Position numbers and translations under genes: made by a program. A stretch of DNA of 64,000 nucleotides from an uncultured Alphaproteobacteria bacterium. GTDB taxonomy: Bacteria > Pseudomonadota > Alphaproteobacteria > SMXQ01. Location: contig CAVVYA010000015.1 of the NCBI GenBank assembly GCA_963752345.1, positions 640,343 to 704,342 of the forward strand. The letters are read 5' to 3'. The notes below the pieces were generated by a model that was not told the origin of the DNA, did no database searches, and was given only the letters and a program-made list of their open reading frames with translations. Shown in pieces: positions 22,722 through 33,503 of the stretch. The number at the start of each line of letters is the position of its first letter. Position 1 is the stretch's first letter.

Positions 22722-23586
22722 CTAGGGAGTGGGGGACAGTTCACGACACATGCGAGCGAGCCCATCTGGCAGCGGCGTATAGCGGAAGTCGGGGAACGCC
22801 GCGCGGGTTGCCGTGATGTCGAACGGGCGATAGCCGCCGTGGGGCATCGGTCCCTGACGCAGCGAACTCGAGATCGGAACCGGCTGGCCTACCAGCTTGG
22901 CTGCCATCTCGGCGATCACGCGGGACGACCATACCTCGCCGGTCGCCGCGTTGAGGGAGCCCCGGCTGCGGCGGAGGACGATGCGAACGGCGAGATCGGC
23001 GACGTCCTCGACTGAAACATGGTCGCGCCGCTCCTCGCCCTCGCCGAACAGAACGATGCCCTTGCCGCTGGCGGCGAGGCGCAAGAACCGGTTGGGGCCG
23101 TAGCCGTTGTGTGGATCGGCGGCGCCGTAGATCAGCGTTGGCCGCAGCGTCGCCAGGGGTGCTGTCAGATCGGCGAAAGCGATCTCGCGCGTGGCGTGCA
23201 TGACGCCGTGAAGACTGGCCGGCGCCTTGGGCGCGGCCTCGCTGAGCGGCCGCGGCTCGTCGCCAAACACCGCGTCGGAGCCGATATTGACGATGTGCCG
23301 CGGCGTCACCCGACCGAGCGCCTCAACCATGGCGCGCAGCATCGTCACATTCTGCGTCAGCATTTCGAGAATTCTTGACCGGAGCCAGTGCCGAGACGGC
23401 GATGAAGGTGTCGTCCGGCGTCAGTCGCGTGGCCAGTCGGTCGGCCGCGTCGGCTGCCAGCAGATCGACCTCGCCACGGCCCAGCGCCAGGGTCGCGATG
23501 CCTTCCGCCGCGAGGCGACGCACGATGGCGCCACCGACGAAGCCACCGGCGCCCATGACAACTGCGCGCTTGGGCTTTGCCGCGGT
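22722..23586 (-). CDS. NAD-dependent epimerase/dehydratase family protein (apparent frameshift near 23340; start uncertain)
   Basis: VMGAGGFVGGAIVRRL Rossmann N-term (23323-23709 frame) joined to 22722-23363 frame C-part. Confidence 0.6.
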
Positions 23587-23599
23587 GGTGTTGAGATGG

Positions 23600-24884
23600 T
23601 CAAGCACGGCGGAAATCCTTCGCTCGTATCGGTGGCACGCCAAGGGTGATGTAGTCGAAACCGGTGGCCAGCGCGGCATCGCTGCGAAAGACCCGGTAGG
23701 GGTCGACAATCAGCCGGCCGCGCATGACGGCGGCCAGCGCCGCTGGATCGAGGTTGCGGAATTCCGGCCAGGGCGTCAGGACCATCAGGGCATCGGCCCC
23801 GCTGGCGCACTCCATCGCCGACGAGCAGGCCGTGGCGAAGGGCACGATGTTGCCCTTCACCACGGGGTCGAACACGGCGAGGTTGTGGCCCTCGATCGCC
23901 TTGAGGCAGGCGATGGCGGGCGAGTTCTTGACCGAATCGGTGTTTTCCTTGTAGGCGAGCCCCAGCACGGCGATCCGCGCCTCGGGCCTCCGATCCAGCA
24001 GTTCCGCCTTGATCGTCCGCGCGCTCCAATCCTTGCGGTGGCGGGAATTCGCTACCCAGGCGGAAACCACGCCAGCGTCGGTATGGTGTGTTTCGGCGAA
24101 GCGCAGCACCGTCGCGAGGTCGCGTTCGAGGTTACCGCCGACGAGCCGAGTCCGGGCCTCAGGTAGGAATGCGGCCCGATGCGCGGTCCAGCCTCAGCGC
24201 CGGGGCGATTTCGGACCAGTCGGCGCCGACGCGCTCGCAGAGCTCGGCGAGGGTGTTGGCCACGCTGACGAGCCGACGAGACAGCAGTTGATGGAGATCT
24301 TCGCGAGCTCGGCGCTCTCGAATCGCATGGGCAGGATCGGGCAGTCGAAGCCGGCGAAAGGTGGCCAGCGCCGCCGGGAGAGGCTCCGCCGGGTCGGGGC
24401 AGCCGACGATGAACCGTTCGGGCAGGTGGCCCGCTCGACGGCGCGGCCAAAGATCAGCGTCTCGACCTGGTAGTAGAGGTCAGCGGCCGGGCTGTGCCGG
24501 GCCGCGGGTAAAGCCGGGGGGACCTGGCTCAGCACCACGAGCACGGCAGCATCGCGGCGTGGTGCAGCCGACGTCGAGCAGCCACGAGCGGCGCCAGGTC
24601 GCTGCCGCCCTGTCGTCGGTCGGGACGTCGGGCGCGACGTAGACGACGTCGCGGCCTGAGCGCGGGGGTCGGCGGTGAAAGTGATCCGGCGCCGGTTGGC
24701 GCGCGAGCAGATCGTCGAGGCCCGGCTCGAACACCGGCAAGTCGGCCCGCGTCGAGAGCGGCGACGAGCGTCGCGTCCGGGGTCGAAAGCCGACGGTCGA
24801 GAAGCCCTTGCTCGCGGCGGCGATCGCCGAACAGAGGCCGAGGTGGGTCATGCCGGCGAAGCCGACAGTCGGCTGGTCATGCAC
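23600..24884 (-). pseudogene. nucleotide-sugar 6-dehydrogenase (UDP-glucose/GDP-mannose dehydrogenase family), ≥3 apparent frameshifts
   Basis: N-term VGFAGMTHLGLCSAIAAASKGF; central FESAELAKISINCCL; intact C-terminal domain ORF 23600-24109 (VLGLAYKENTDSVKNSPA...). Confidence 0.65.
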
Positions 24885-25025
24885 GTCCCTGCGCGGCTAG
24901 GCTCGGTGCCAGGCGCCCCAGCACGCGATGAGCCAGCGGTCGTTGCGAGGTCGTGGTGCGCCGCGCCGGCGACAGACCTTGAAGTGGGCGTACTCGAGCG
25001 CCCAGGTCGGATCGTCCTGCTAGCG

Positions 25026-25800
25026 TTACGGCTTCCTCGGGCGGCCGTCCGCTGGGCAGGACGCGCGTGCGGCGGTGAAGGTCGTCGGGCCCCACTTGCA
25101 GAGCGATTCGATGTGTGCGCTGCCGTGCTCGGCGAACACGTCGCAGGTGAAGTGGTTGCGCCAGGACAGCAGCGTCATCTCGAGTTCGAGCTTCGGCCGG
25201 TCGCTTTCCGACGCAATCACCACATGGTCGGGCGCTGGTTCTCGAAGCGGTTGGCGGACGAGCAGCTGGAAGTCCTCGCCGACATCGCCGAACCAGAAGC
25301 GAGCGTGTCGAGCAGGTGCGAGCCGAGATCCGGCAGCACGCCCGGCGCCCTGATCGCGCCACGCCGAATTGCGGACGAGGCGCGCGGTGCCGTTGCCGTA
25401 GAACATCCGGCAGCGGTAGATCGTGCCCAGCTGCCGCCTGCGATCAGCTCGTGCATGCGGACGTAGTGCGGCTCGAAGCGATGGTTGTAGGCGGTGTAGC
25501 AGACCGCGCCGGTGCGCCGGCGAGCGCTTCGCAGCTCGATCGAGGTCGGTCGCACTGCGCCCAGAGCGGCTTCTCGACCAGCACGTGCTTGCCGTTGCCA
25601 AGCAGATAGCTGAGCAGCTCGAGCTTGGGCTCGTCCGGCGTGCAGAGCAACGCGGCGTCGTAGCGGTCGAGCGGCACGTCCTCGATGTCGCGATAGTCGG
25701 CTCGCGCGCGACGGGATCGACGGTCGCCGACGGCGTCCGCTCCCGCGACCGCCAGGCGCTTCGTGCCCCTGGACGCCGAGCCGACGACGACGACCCGCAT
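25026..25800 (-). CDS. Gfo/Idh/MocA family oxidoreductase (apparent frameshifts; 3' boundary approximate)
   Basis: MRVVVVGSASRG...EKPL N-terminal Rossmann (25444-25800); its ATG overlaps the stop of the upstream kinase gene by 1 nt. Confidence 0.5.
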
Positions 25801-25879
25801 CAGCTGTCCTCAACTGATAGTCCGCTGGCGCTCGACCGCTCGCAGCTTGTCGAGCACCTCTTCGGCGCGACCGGGATGT

Positions 25880-26790
25880 TGCCGTCGTGCTCGCAGGCGA
25901 CGGCGGCCGCGACGCGCCCAGAATCGACGCGATCACCGGGCTCTTGGTCGCGAACAGCGAGAGGGTGGCATAGGCAAGCAGCGCGTCGCCCGCGCCGACC
26001 GCATCGACGACGTGGTCGGCGAAGCTGTCGATGGCGAAGAAGGCGCGGACGTCCTCGACTTCTGCGGACGCGCGGAAGGTCATCATGCCGCGCTCGCCCA
26101 GCTTGAGGATCAGCGTCTTGCACCGGCCTGCCGGTAGAGCTCGAGGCCAGCGGGCGGACGACCGAGTCCTGGTCGCCGAGCGCGAAGCGCGCCTCGCGCT
26201 CGTTCGGCGTGATCAGGTCGAAGCCCTGGAAGTCGAGGATGTTGCCCCAGCGGCTGGCCACCTGGCTGTCGGCGACGCGGAAGCGCCGGCGGGAATGGCC
26301 GCGGTCAGCGCGGAATCGTGGCGCGGTTGAAGATGCCGTGGCGGAAATCGCTGAAGACCACGACGTCGCCTCGGCGTCTGCGATACTGCTGCGGTCAGCG
26401 TTTCGACGATCCGCTCGGAGATCGGCCGGTTGTCGACGCGTGTCGACTTTCAGCAGGCGGTAGCCGCCGGCGATGAAGGCGTTCTTGTCGGTGGTCGGCC
26501 GCGTCGGATCGATGATCGGCAGGCAGTGGATGCCGGCGTCCGCTAGATCCTTCCGAGCACGAAGTCGTTAAGCGGGTCGTCGCCGAGCACCGTCGAGAAC
26601 GTGACATCGGCGCCGGCAGCCTGCAGATGCTTGGCGACGACGCCGGCGCCGCCGGCGAAGTCCTGCTGTTCCTCGAAACGGACGCTGAAGGTCGGCGTCT
26701 TGGTCGTGCCGCCGATCAGCGTGCAGTGCGTGTAGGAGTCGACGATGGTGTCGCCGAGGACGTGCACCTTGATGCCCGTGCAGTTGTCGA
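25880..26790 (-). pseudogene. PfkB-family sugar kinase, D-glycero-β-D-manno-heptose-7-phosphate kinase-like (HldA/RfaE domain I), ≥3 apparent frameshifts
   Basis: HVLGDTIVDSY...TPTFSV...FAGGAGVVAKHL (26543-26767), FDLITPNEREA (25800-26261), VGAGDALLAYATL (25217-26086). Confidence 0.5.
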
Positions 26791-26799
26791 GCGGCGTCG

Positions 26800-27366
26800 C
26801 GCAGGTCGTCGAACGTCAGCCCTTCGGCCTCGAGCAGCGCCAGCAGCTTCTCGGTGGCGATCGCGGCGGCGCGGTCTCGATGATGTGCGACGAGGAAAAG
26901 ACGACGTCGCCGGGCGTGAAGATGATCTCGCCGCCGTAGGTCTCGACGGCGGTCTTCTCCTCGGCGGTTTGCGGGTGGAGGCCGCTCGTTGGTGTATTCG
27001 TAGCCCTTGGCGAAGTAGTCGGGCTGGATGATAGCCGATGTTCTCGAGCGGCGTTGGTCGTTCGTCGATGATGACGTAGTCGACGACTTCGAGCGCGGCC
27101 AGATTCATCGCCCGCAGCTCCTGCGGCACGAAAGGCCGGAAGTTGCGCCTTGATGATGTGCGCGTCGGAGGTCAGGCTGGCGATCAGGATGTCGCCTTGC
27201 TCTTGGCGTAGATCAGGTGGCGGACGTGGCCGGGATGGACGAGATCGAACGTGCCGTGGCACATGATCACTTTCTTCTTGCGCGGGCGGCGCGCCGATCG
27301 CGGCCGCAGCTCGTCGCGCGTCTTGATCTTATGCTGACGATCTTCCGGCTGCGATTCATCCATCAT
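26800..27366 (-). pseudogene. cytidylyltransferase-like heptose 1-phosphate adenylyltransferase (HldC/RfaE domain II), apparent frameshifts
   Basis: CHGTFDLVHPGHVRHL (HxGH nucleotidyltransferase motif) then DILIASLTSDAHI and EIIFTPGDVVFSSSHII in other frames. Confidence 0.5.
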
Positions 27367-27369
27367 GCG

Positions 27370-28385
27370 TCATCTACCCGGCAGCCAGGGCTTGAACCAG
27401 CCGGCCGTCGCCTTCGCGATCGAGTCCGGATCCCAAAGCGGCGCCTCGCGCCAGTATTCGATCTCGGCAAGCATCGCCGCCACGCCGTCTTCGAAGCTGA
27501 CGTTCGGCGCCCATCCAAGGTCGCGCCTGATCTTGCGAGATGTCCGCCCAGGTGCAGTCCGGTTCGCCCGGCCGTTTCGGGATGTGCACGACCGGTCCGC
27601 CCGAGCAGCTCGACCAGACGGTTGACCGATTGCGGATTGCCGGCGCCGAGGTTCCAGATCTCGCCCGGTTTGCTCGGTCTCTGCCGCGGCGAGGAACGCC
27701 GCGGCGACGTCGGTGACATAGAGGAAGTCGCGGGTCTGAGTTCCGTCGCCAACGACGGTGAACGGCTTGCCGGCGAGCTTCTGCTCGAGGAACACACCGA
27801 AGACCGCGCCATAGGCGCCAGACGTGCGCGAACGCGTTCCATAGGCGTTGAAGATGCGGATGGCGTTGACCGGCAGACTGTAGACCTGGTGCCAATGGAA
27901 CACCGCCTGCTCGCCCTGATATTTCTCAGCGCGTAAGGATACTGCGGTGCGATCGGGTGATCCTCGCGGGTCGGAACGTGCTGGCCAGCCCGTAGCAGGA
28001 AGAGGAGGCGGCATAGACGAATTTGCGCACGCCCGCCATGCGCGCGCGCGCATTCCAGCATGTGCACGGTGCCCTGGACATTGGTCGACATGTAATCCAG
28101 TCGGCCGCTCGATCGATGGCACGATGTCGCCGATGCCTGCAAAATGGAACACATGGCTAATACCGTTGAAGAGGGCATGGCCTGGCTCGAAATCTCGGAT
28201 ATCGGCTTTTTCCAGTGCAACGTCGGGATTATTGACGTGATGAGCGAGATTGGCTTCCCGTCCACCAACGAAATTGTCGATAATCCGCACGGCGTAGCCT
28301 CGGCCGACGAGCGCAGGTCCACCATGTGACTGCCGATAAAACCGGCTCCCCCTGTCACCACGGCGATCGACCGGGATGCGATCAT
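27370..28385 (-). CDS. NAD-dependent epimerase/dehydratase (dTDP-glucose 4,6-dehydratase / UDP-glucuronate decarboxylase-like), apparent frameshift
   Basis: IAVVTGGAGFIGSHMVD N-term (27363-28427 frame) then 27370-28290 frame with YSLPVNAIRIFNAYG. Confidence 0.6.
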
Positions 28386-29389
28386 TTCGCGCCGAGCTTT
28401 TTCATCGTGCGCACATTGTAGTACCAATCGTCCTCGAAACTGCTGGGGAGAAGATGGTTGCGGAAAGCACGTGCGAGATCGCGGACCGCATCCTCAATCG
28501 TACGTTTGGGCGCGAAGCCGAGCACGCGCCGTACCTTGTCGGAGTTGACGTGGTAGGAGCGATTATCATTGGATGGTGTCGTCACGATGCGGATAGCGTC
28601 TTTATCCGGCATCTCTTCTTCGACGACTTTCTTTACCAGCTTTGCAATATCGGCGATGGAGTGGTTCTGGAAGCCGATATTGAAAACCTCGCCATGGATT
28701 TTCTCGTGAGGCGCATCGAGGATGACTTCGTAAGCGTCTACCATGTCTTCAACGTGGAGATTGGGCCGCATCTGATTGCCACCAAAAACCGTGATGACGC
28801 CCTTATTCACGGCGTGATTGGTCAAAATATTGACCGAAAGGTCGAGGCGTGAGCGCGGGCTATAGCCGCATACCGTCGCGGGACGGATGGTGACACACGT
28901 GAAGTCATCCGATTGATGCTTCCACAGCAACGGTTCGCACAGTCCCTTGAACTTGTTATAAAGAGTCAGCGGCACGAGAGGGTGATCCTCGGTGACGTCA
29001 GGTGAATCGCTCACTCCGTAAACCGAGCTCGACGATGCATAAACGAACCGTTTGACCCCTGCTGCTTTGGCGGCAAGAACCATCGGTTCGAAGCAATCAT
29101 AATTGATGCTCTTGGAGAGATTTTCATCCAGTTCAAAACTTGCGTCGTTTGAAATGCAGGCAAGATGCAGCACTGCATCCTGACCCTCGAACGCCTTGGC
29201 AAGGTGCGCCGTGTCTCGGATGTCGCCTCGAATGACCGTCAGGTTGGGATCATTCGGCAGGCGGCAACCGAAGTAGAGGATGTCATAGACGGTGACATTA
29301 TAGCCCTTGGTCAGAAGGCGGTTGGTCAGGACATGACCAACATAACCGGCACCGCCAGTGATGAGGACGTTCTTTATCGTGGAAGGCAT
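28382..29389 (-). CDS. NAD-dependent epimerase/dehydratase family protein (UDP-sugar 4-epimerase-like), intact, lower GC
   Basis: 335 aa; VLITGGAGYVGHVL; YxxxK region LYNKFK; ~53% GC vs 65% flanks. Confidence 0.85.
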   Translation of the reverse strand: MPSTIKNVLITGGAGYVGHVLTNRLLTKGYNVTVYDILYFGCRLPNDPNLTVIRGDIRDTAHLAKAFEGQDAVLHLACISNDASFELDENLSKSINYDCFEPMVLAAKAAGVKRFVYASSSSVYGVSDSPDVTEDHPLVPLTLYNKFKGLCEPLLWKHQSDDFTCVTIRPATVCGYSPRSRLDLSVNILTNHAVNKGVITVFGGNQMRPNLHVEDMVDAYEVILDAPHEKIHGEVFNIGFQNHSIADIAKLVKKVVEEEMPDKDAIRIVTTPSNDNRSYHVNSDKVRRVLGFAPKRTIEDAVRDLARAFRNHLLPSSFEDDWYYNVRTMKKLGAK

Positions 29390-29459
29390 GGACGTAACAC
29401 CGCTAATCTGTTGACCAACCGCGGAAAATAGGTCGGCGCAGAACTAAGTAAGCGTCTTT

Positions 29460-30218
29460 CTAGGAGGCCGCCTGGGTGAAGGCAAGAGGGATGCTGAAGC
29501 CTGCGGTAACCGCGTCACGGCGGAACATCGCTACGGTCTCCAAGGAGTATTCGTCGAGATTCTTGCCGACCAGCGTGAGCTTCTTGAGAAGGTCGCCAGT
29601 CACCGTGATGATGTGGCAGCCCAGGCCGTCGGCGTGAAAGACATTGAGCAACTCGCGGGGACTGGCCCACAGGAGCTCGGCCTCGGGACGATCGGCCAGA
29701 ATGCGCAGGCACTCGGCCATATGCGGTACCGGGTCGCGGCCGGTGTCGGCGATGCGTCCAGCGAACACCGAGATGATGGCTGGCGTGGCTGGCGCCAGCA
29801 CGCCAGCGACTTGGTGGACCTGGTTCAGCGTCATGATCGCGGTGACGTTGAGCTTAATGCCGTTTCGTGACAGCGCGCCGATGATCGGGCCGGTGAATTC
29901 GCCCTTGGTGGTGGTTATGGGAATCTTGACATAGATGTTGGGTCCCCACGAGGCTATCTCCCGCGCTTGATCCTGCATGGTGGGAAGGTCGTCGGCGAAA
30001 ACCTCGAACGACACGGGGCGATCCGAGACGATCTTGAGGACATCGAGTGCGAACGCCTTATAGTCGTTGACACCGGCGGCCCACATCAGGGTGGGGTTCG
30101 TGGTAAAACCCTTAATACGGGGATCAGCAGCATACTTTTTGATGTCAGATAGATCGCTACCATCTGAAAAAATTTTGATCTTCAGCCGGTCAACGCGCGG
30201 CTCATCCATGAGCTTCAT
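29460..30218 (-). CDS. transaldolase (TalC/fructose-6-phosphate aldolase subfamily)
   Basis: 252 aa; FSDGSDLSDIKKY...KGFTTNPTLM signature; lower GC; first gene of the minus-strand glycan operon. Confidence 0.8.
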   Translation of the reverse strand: MKLMDEPRVDRLKIKIFSDGSDLSDIKKYAADPRIKGFTTNPTLMWAAGVNDYKAFALDVLKIVSDRPVSFEVFADDLPTMQDQAREIASWGPNIYVKIPITTTKGEFTGPIIGALSRNGIKLNVTAIMTLNQVHQVAGVLAPATPAIISVFAGRIADTGRDPVPHMAECLRILADRPEAELLWASPRELLNVFHADGLGCHIITVTGDLLKKLTLVGKNLDEYSLETVAMFRRDAVTAGFSIPLAFTQAAS

Positions 30219-30910
30219 TCCCCTTCTTTGCTAAAATATACACCATGCTTGGGTGAGAGAAGCTACGATTTTTATCGGCATGAACTAGCTCATTCTGAAC
30301 AAAACCATAGTCGATGAAGAGAGTTTGGCAACCCGTGACCTGGCCAGCATCGACGTTGAACCATTGCCCGAACAAAACCGAACCGGTGGTTTCGCGAACT
30401 ACGGCCGGGTGAGCGAGGAGCACTCCGCGAAAAGACTGTTGACGTGCGCTCGCGAGATAGAGCTATCGAGCGATGAATGAACCTCGAACGTTACCCCTTT
30501 CCGAAGCTGGCATCCCCGATAGGTCGTAGGGCGCGCTGATCGCGCTGCGGAGCTGCGGAATCACCGCGCCGTCAAGAATGGATTCAGCAGACCGGCGGCT
30601 AAGGAGGCAGGCTGAAGCTCACGCGTCTCCGACCCGGCTGGTTTCGCTTGGGGGCGCTGAGGTCATTCCTTTCGAGAAGTCGAAGTCTCGCCCTGCTGAC
30701 GATCGCCGAGCAAGGCGAAGCTATAGGTTTTCTATCAGGTTAGATAAATTAATAATTATTCGCATCTTGGTGTTTCCATGCAACCGAAGCCGGCTTCAGG
30801 TATGACATGGAGGGCGGGCCTTGGCGCGGCGCTAGGGCCCGGTCCAGGGGTATTGCTTCACCAGAAGCCGCGCCTGGCGTCCGATGACGAGTTGTGAGGA
30901 TAGGAGTGTC

Positions 30911-31186
30911 ATGAGCGAGCAGACCTTTACGGTGGTTGTGGCGAGCACCGGTCAGGAATATGAAGTGGGCGCGGGCGAATCGATCCTGCAGGTCTTGCTC
31001 AACAATGGCGTGAATGCCGCGTCCTATTGTCGCGAGGGCGAGTGCGGCACTTGCATCGTGAAAGTGCTGGAAGGGCAGCCTCATCACAAGGATTTCGTGC
31101 TGAGCGAAAGCGAACGCGCGTCCAATGGCCTGATGACGATTTGCGTATCCGGCAGCAAGTCCAAGAGACTGGTCCTCGACCTGTGA
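30911..31186 (+). CDS. 2Fe-2S ferredoxin
   Basis: CREGECGTC...ICVS cysteine pattern; ~92 aa. Confidence 0.75.
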   Translation: MSEQTFTVVVASTGQEYEVGAGESILQVLLNNGVNAASYCREGECGTCIVKVLEGQPHHKDFVLSESERASNGLMTICVSGSKSKRLVLDL

Positions 31187-31365
31187 CGAACCGCCGGCGA
31201 TCGCCGGCCCGTCCGTCGACAGTCGCGTGAGGCGCTCCAGGTCGTTGAAGAGAGCAGTCTTTTCCGGACCGATGTCACCGGAACAATGGCGGACGCAGGC
31301 GGCGCTTCGACGCTTGCCGCTCGTTGAAGCGCGGCCAATAAAACCTTATTGGCCGACTCGGCCCG

Positions 31366-32319
31366 TCAGGTTCCAAGGGTCGTCGGATGGAACATGTCCT
31401 CGGGCGCGAATTTCTTCGGCGTCATGCCGTAGCGGTGGACATAGTCCAGCATCTTGTCGACCTCGAAGCGGGTATCCTTGAAGCCCCAGCGGTAGAAATC
31501 CGGGCCGCCGACCACCCACTCCTCCTCGCGCAACTCGCGGTACCACAGCGCCGTCATATGGACGCGCTGCCACCGGAGCTCGTCGTAGAGCGCCTGTTTC
31601 GACGCCATCCAGGCGTCGAACAGGCTCATGGCGACCCACGGCTCGCGCTCCAGCAGCTCGGTGCGGATCAGCAGGGTGTGCATGATCGGGAAGAGGCGCG
31701 TGCGTTTGTAATACTCGCGCTCGACCGCGCCATAATCGGGAAACAGGAAGTCGACGTCCGGATGGACATCGGGCGCCCAGATCCGGGTCGTGAGCCCCGC
31801 GTCGATCTTGCCCGCGGCGAGCAGGTCGAGCTGGGATGTCTCTTTGCCGGCGATCTCCAGCTTGAGCCAGGACGGCGGCTGCCAGTCGCCGATCCGCTCG
31901 TCATCCGCCGCGACCCAGGTGATGGAGCGGATATCGACGCCCCAGTCGTCCTCGAGCAGGCCGCGCGCCCAAATGGCGGCGGAGGTGAACCAGCTCTGGA
32001 TGCCGACGCGGCGGCCGTTGAGATCGGACGGCTTACGGATGCCGGCCTTCTTGTTGATGTAGATGTAGGAGTGGCGGAACATGCGCTTGACGAAGATCGG
32101 GATCGCCGTATAGCCGAGCGAGCGATAGGGCAGATCCGCCATATAGCGGCCGGTGTAGAATTCCGCCGCGTCGAAGAAACCGTGCGGCCCCTTGAGCAGG
32201 TGGCCCGGATTCTTCGGATTGACCGTGATGTCGAGGTCGATGCCCTCCGGCTTCACCCGCTTGTCGATCAGCGCGCGTGCCCGGTCGTAGGGGCCGCAGG
32301 TCATCGTCATCTTCAACAT
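31366..32319 (-). CDS. 4,5-dihydroxyphthalate decarboxylase-like protein (periplasmic-binding-protein fold family)
   Basis: 317 aa; MTCGPYDRARALIDKRVKPEGIDLDITV N-terminus; paralog of 34416-35450. Confidence 0.6.
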   Translation of the reverse strand: MLKMTMTCGPYDRARALIDKRVKPEGIDLDITVNPKNPGHLLKGPHGFFDAAEFYTGRYMADLPYRSLGYTAIPIFVKRMFRHSYIYINKKAGIRKPSDLNGRRVGIQSWFTSAAIWARGLLEDDWGVDIRSITWVAADDERIGDWQPPSWLKLEIAGKETSQLDLLAAGKIDAGLTTRIWAPDVHPDVDFLFPDYGAVEREYYKRTRLFPIMHTLLIRTELLEREPWVAMSLFDAWMASKQALYDELRWQRVHMTALWYRELREEEWVVGGPDFYRWGFKDTRFEVDKMLDYVHRYGMTPKKFAPEDMFHPTTLGT

Positions 32320-32393
32320 AAGAACCCATCTCCCAGTCAGCCGATTTTGTTCTCGATTCCGCGCCGTGCCGCGACAACATCAACCCTGTCGCG

Positions 32394-33491
32394 TCACTCG
32401 CCGAGCGCGGCCCGGGTTTTTTCGATCACCGCAGGTGACGCCGCATACAACCGGGTGATGTATTCCTGCACGTCTTTGCCGGCCATGGGAGCGACCTGCA
32501 GCTTCATCTTTTCGGCATCCGCGAGGAAGCTTTTGTCGGCCATGGTCGCCATGAAGGCGGCGCGCAGAACCTCCACCCGGTCCGCCGGCACGCCCGGCGG
32601 CGCCATGAACGGCCGCTGCACCATGCGGTCGGAGAAGATGAGCTGCAGGACGTCCTTCTGTTCCTGGGTCTTGGCGAGCTCGGAGGCTTCCGGCACATTC
32701 GGCAGCTCGGGCGCCTTGGCGCCGAGCTGGACCAGGATATTGAGCTTCTTGTCGGCAAGCCAGCCGACGCGGGTGCTTTCGATGCCGCTGAGCGACCAGC
32801 CGCAGCGGCCCTGCACCTCGCCGCGCTCCATGGCGAGCACGACGTCGGTGCCGCCCGGATAGCCGGAGATCACCTTCATCTTGGTGCCGAGGATGCTGTT
32901 GAGGATCTTCGGGTAGACCTCGAGCTGGCCGCCGGCGCCGGAACCGCCGACGATGAATTCCTTGGTCAGGAAGTCCTCGGTGGTCTTGACCGGCGTCTCG
33001 TGCCACGACACGCAGAGCGACGGCTCCGACGACATATTGCCGAGCCAGGAAACCTTTGTCGGGTCGAACTGGTCGCGCGTGTTCTTGAGCAGCGGCTGAA
33101 TCAGATTGCTGCTGTCGACGATGCCGATGGTGGTGCCATCCTTCGGCGCGCCGGAATAGACGAAGGACGACGCGCGAATGCCGCCGGCGCCCGGCATGTT
33201 CTGCGGCACGATCGTCGGATGGCCGGGAACGTGCGCGCCGTAGAAACGAGCAAAGAGACGGGCGTTGGTATCGTAGCCGCCGCCGGGCCCCGTGCTGATG
33301 ATCAGCTTGATCTGCTTGTCGGCGAAGAACGTCTCGGCCGGCTGCGCCTGGGCGCCGGCTATCGAAAACGCGACAACGCCGCCGATCGAGAGAAGGGTGA
33401 CGAGACTGGAATGACGGCGTCGGTTGAGAGACAGGGCTGTCATGGAGAATCTCCCTTGTATGGCTGTGGGCTGTGTATCTGGCAGGCGCAT
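32394..33491 (-). CDS. tripartite tricarboxylate transporter substrate-binding protein (TctC/Bug family)
   Basis: Signal peptide then conserved LIISTGPGGGYDTNARL...NMPGAGG...GWLADKK...PNVPEASEL...PFMAPPGVPADRVEVLRAAF. Confidence 0.85.
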   Translation of the reverse strand: MRLPDTQPTAIQGRFSMTALSLNRRRHSSLVTLLSIGGVVAFSIAGAQAQPAETFFADKQIKLIISTGPGGGYDTNARLFARFYGAHVPGHPTIVPQNMPGAGGIRASSFVYSGAPKDGTTIGIVDSSNLIQPLLKNTRDQFDPTKVSWLGNMSSEPSLCVSWHETPVKTTEDFLTKEFIVGGSGAGGQLEVYPKILNSILGTKMKVISGYPGGTDVVLAMERGEVQGRCGWSLSGIESTRVGWLADKKLNILVQLGAKAPELPNVPEASELAKTQEQKDVLQLIFSDRMVQRPFMAPPGVPADRVEVLRAAFMATMADKSFLADAEKMKLQVAPMAGKDVQEYITRLYAASPAVIEKTRAALGE

Positions 33492-33503
33492 GGCGTTTTT
33501 CCG

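Noticed and set aside
30202-30423. 73-aa ORF (-) downstream of the transaldolase gene, considered as a GmhA/GmhB remnant
   Set aside because: It has no SIS or HAD motifs, starts at GTG and is flanked by stops. It is left unannotated.
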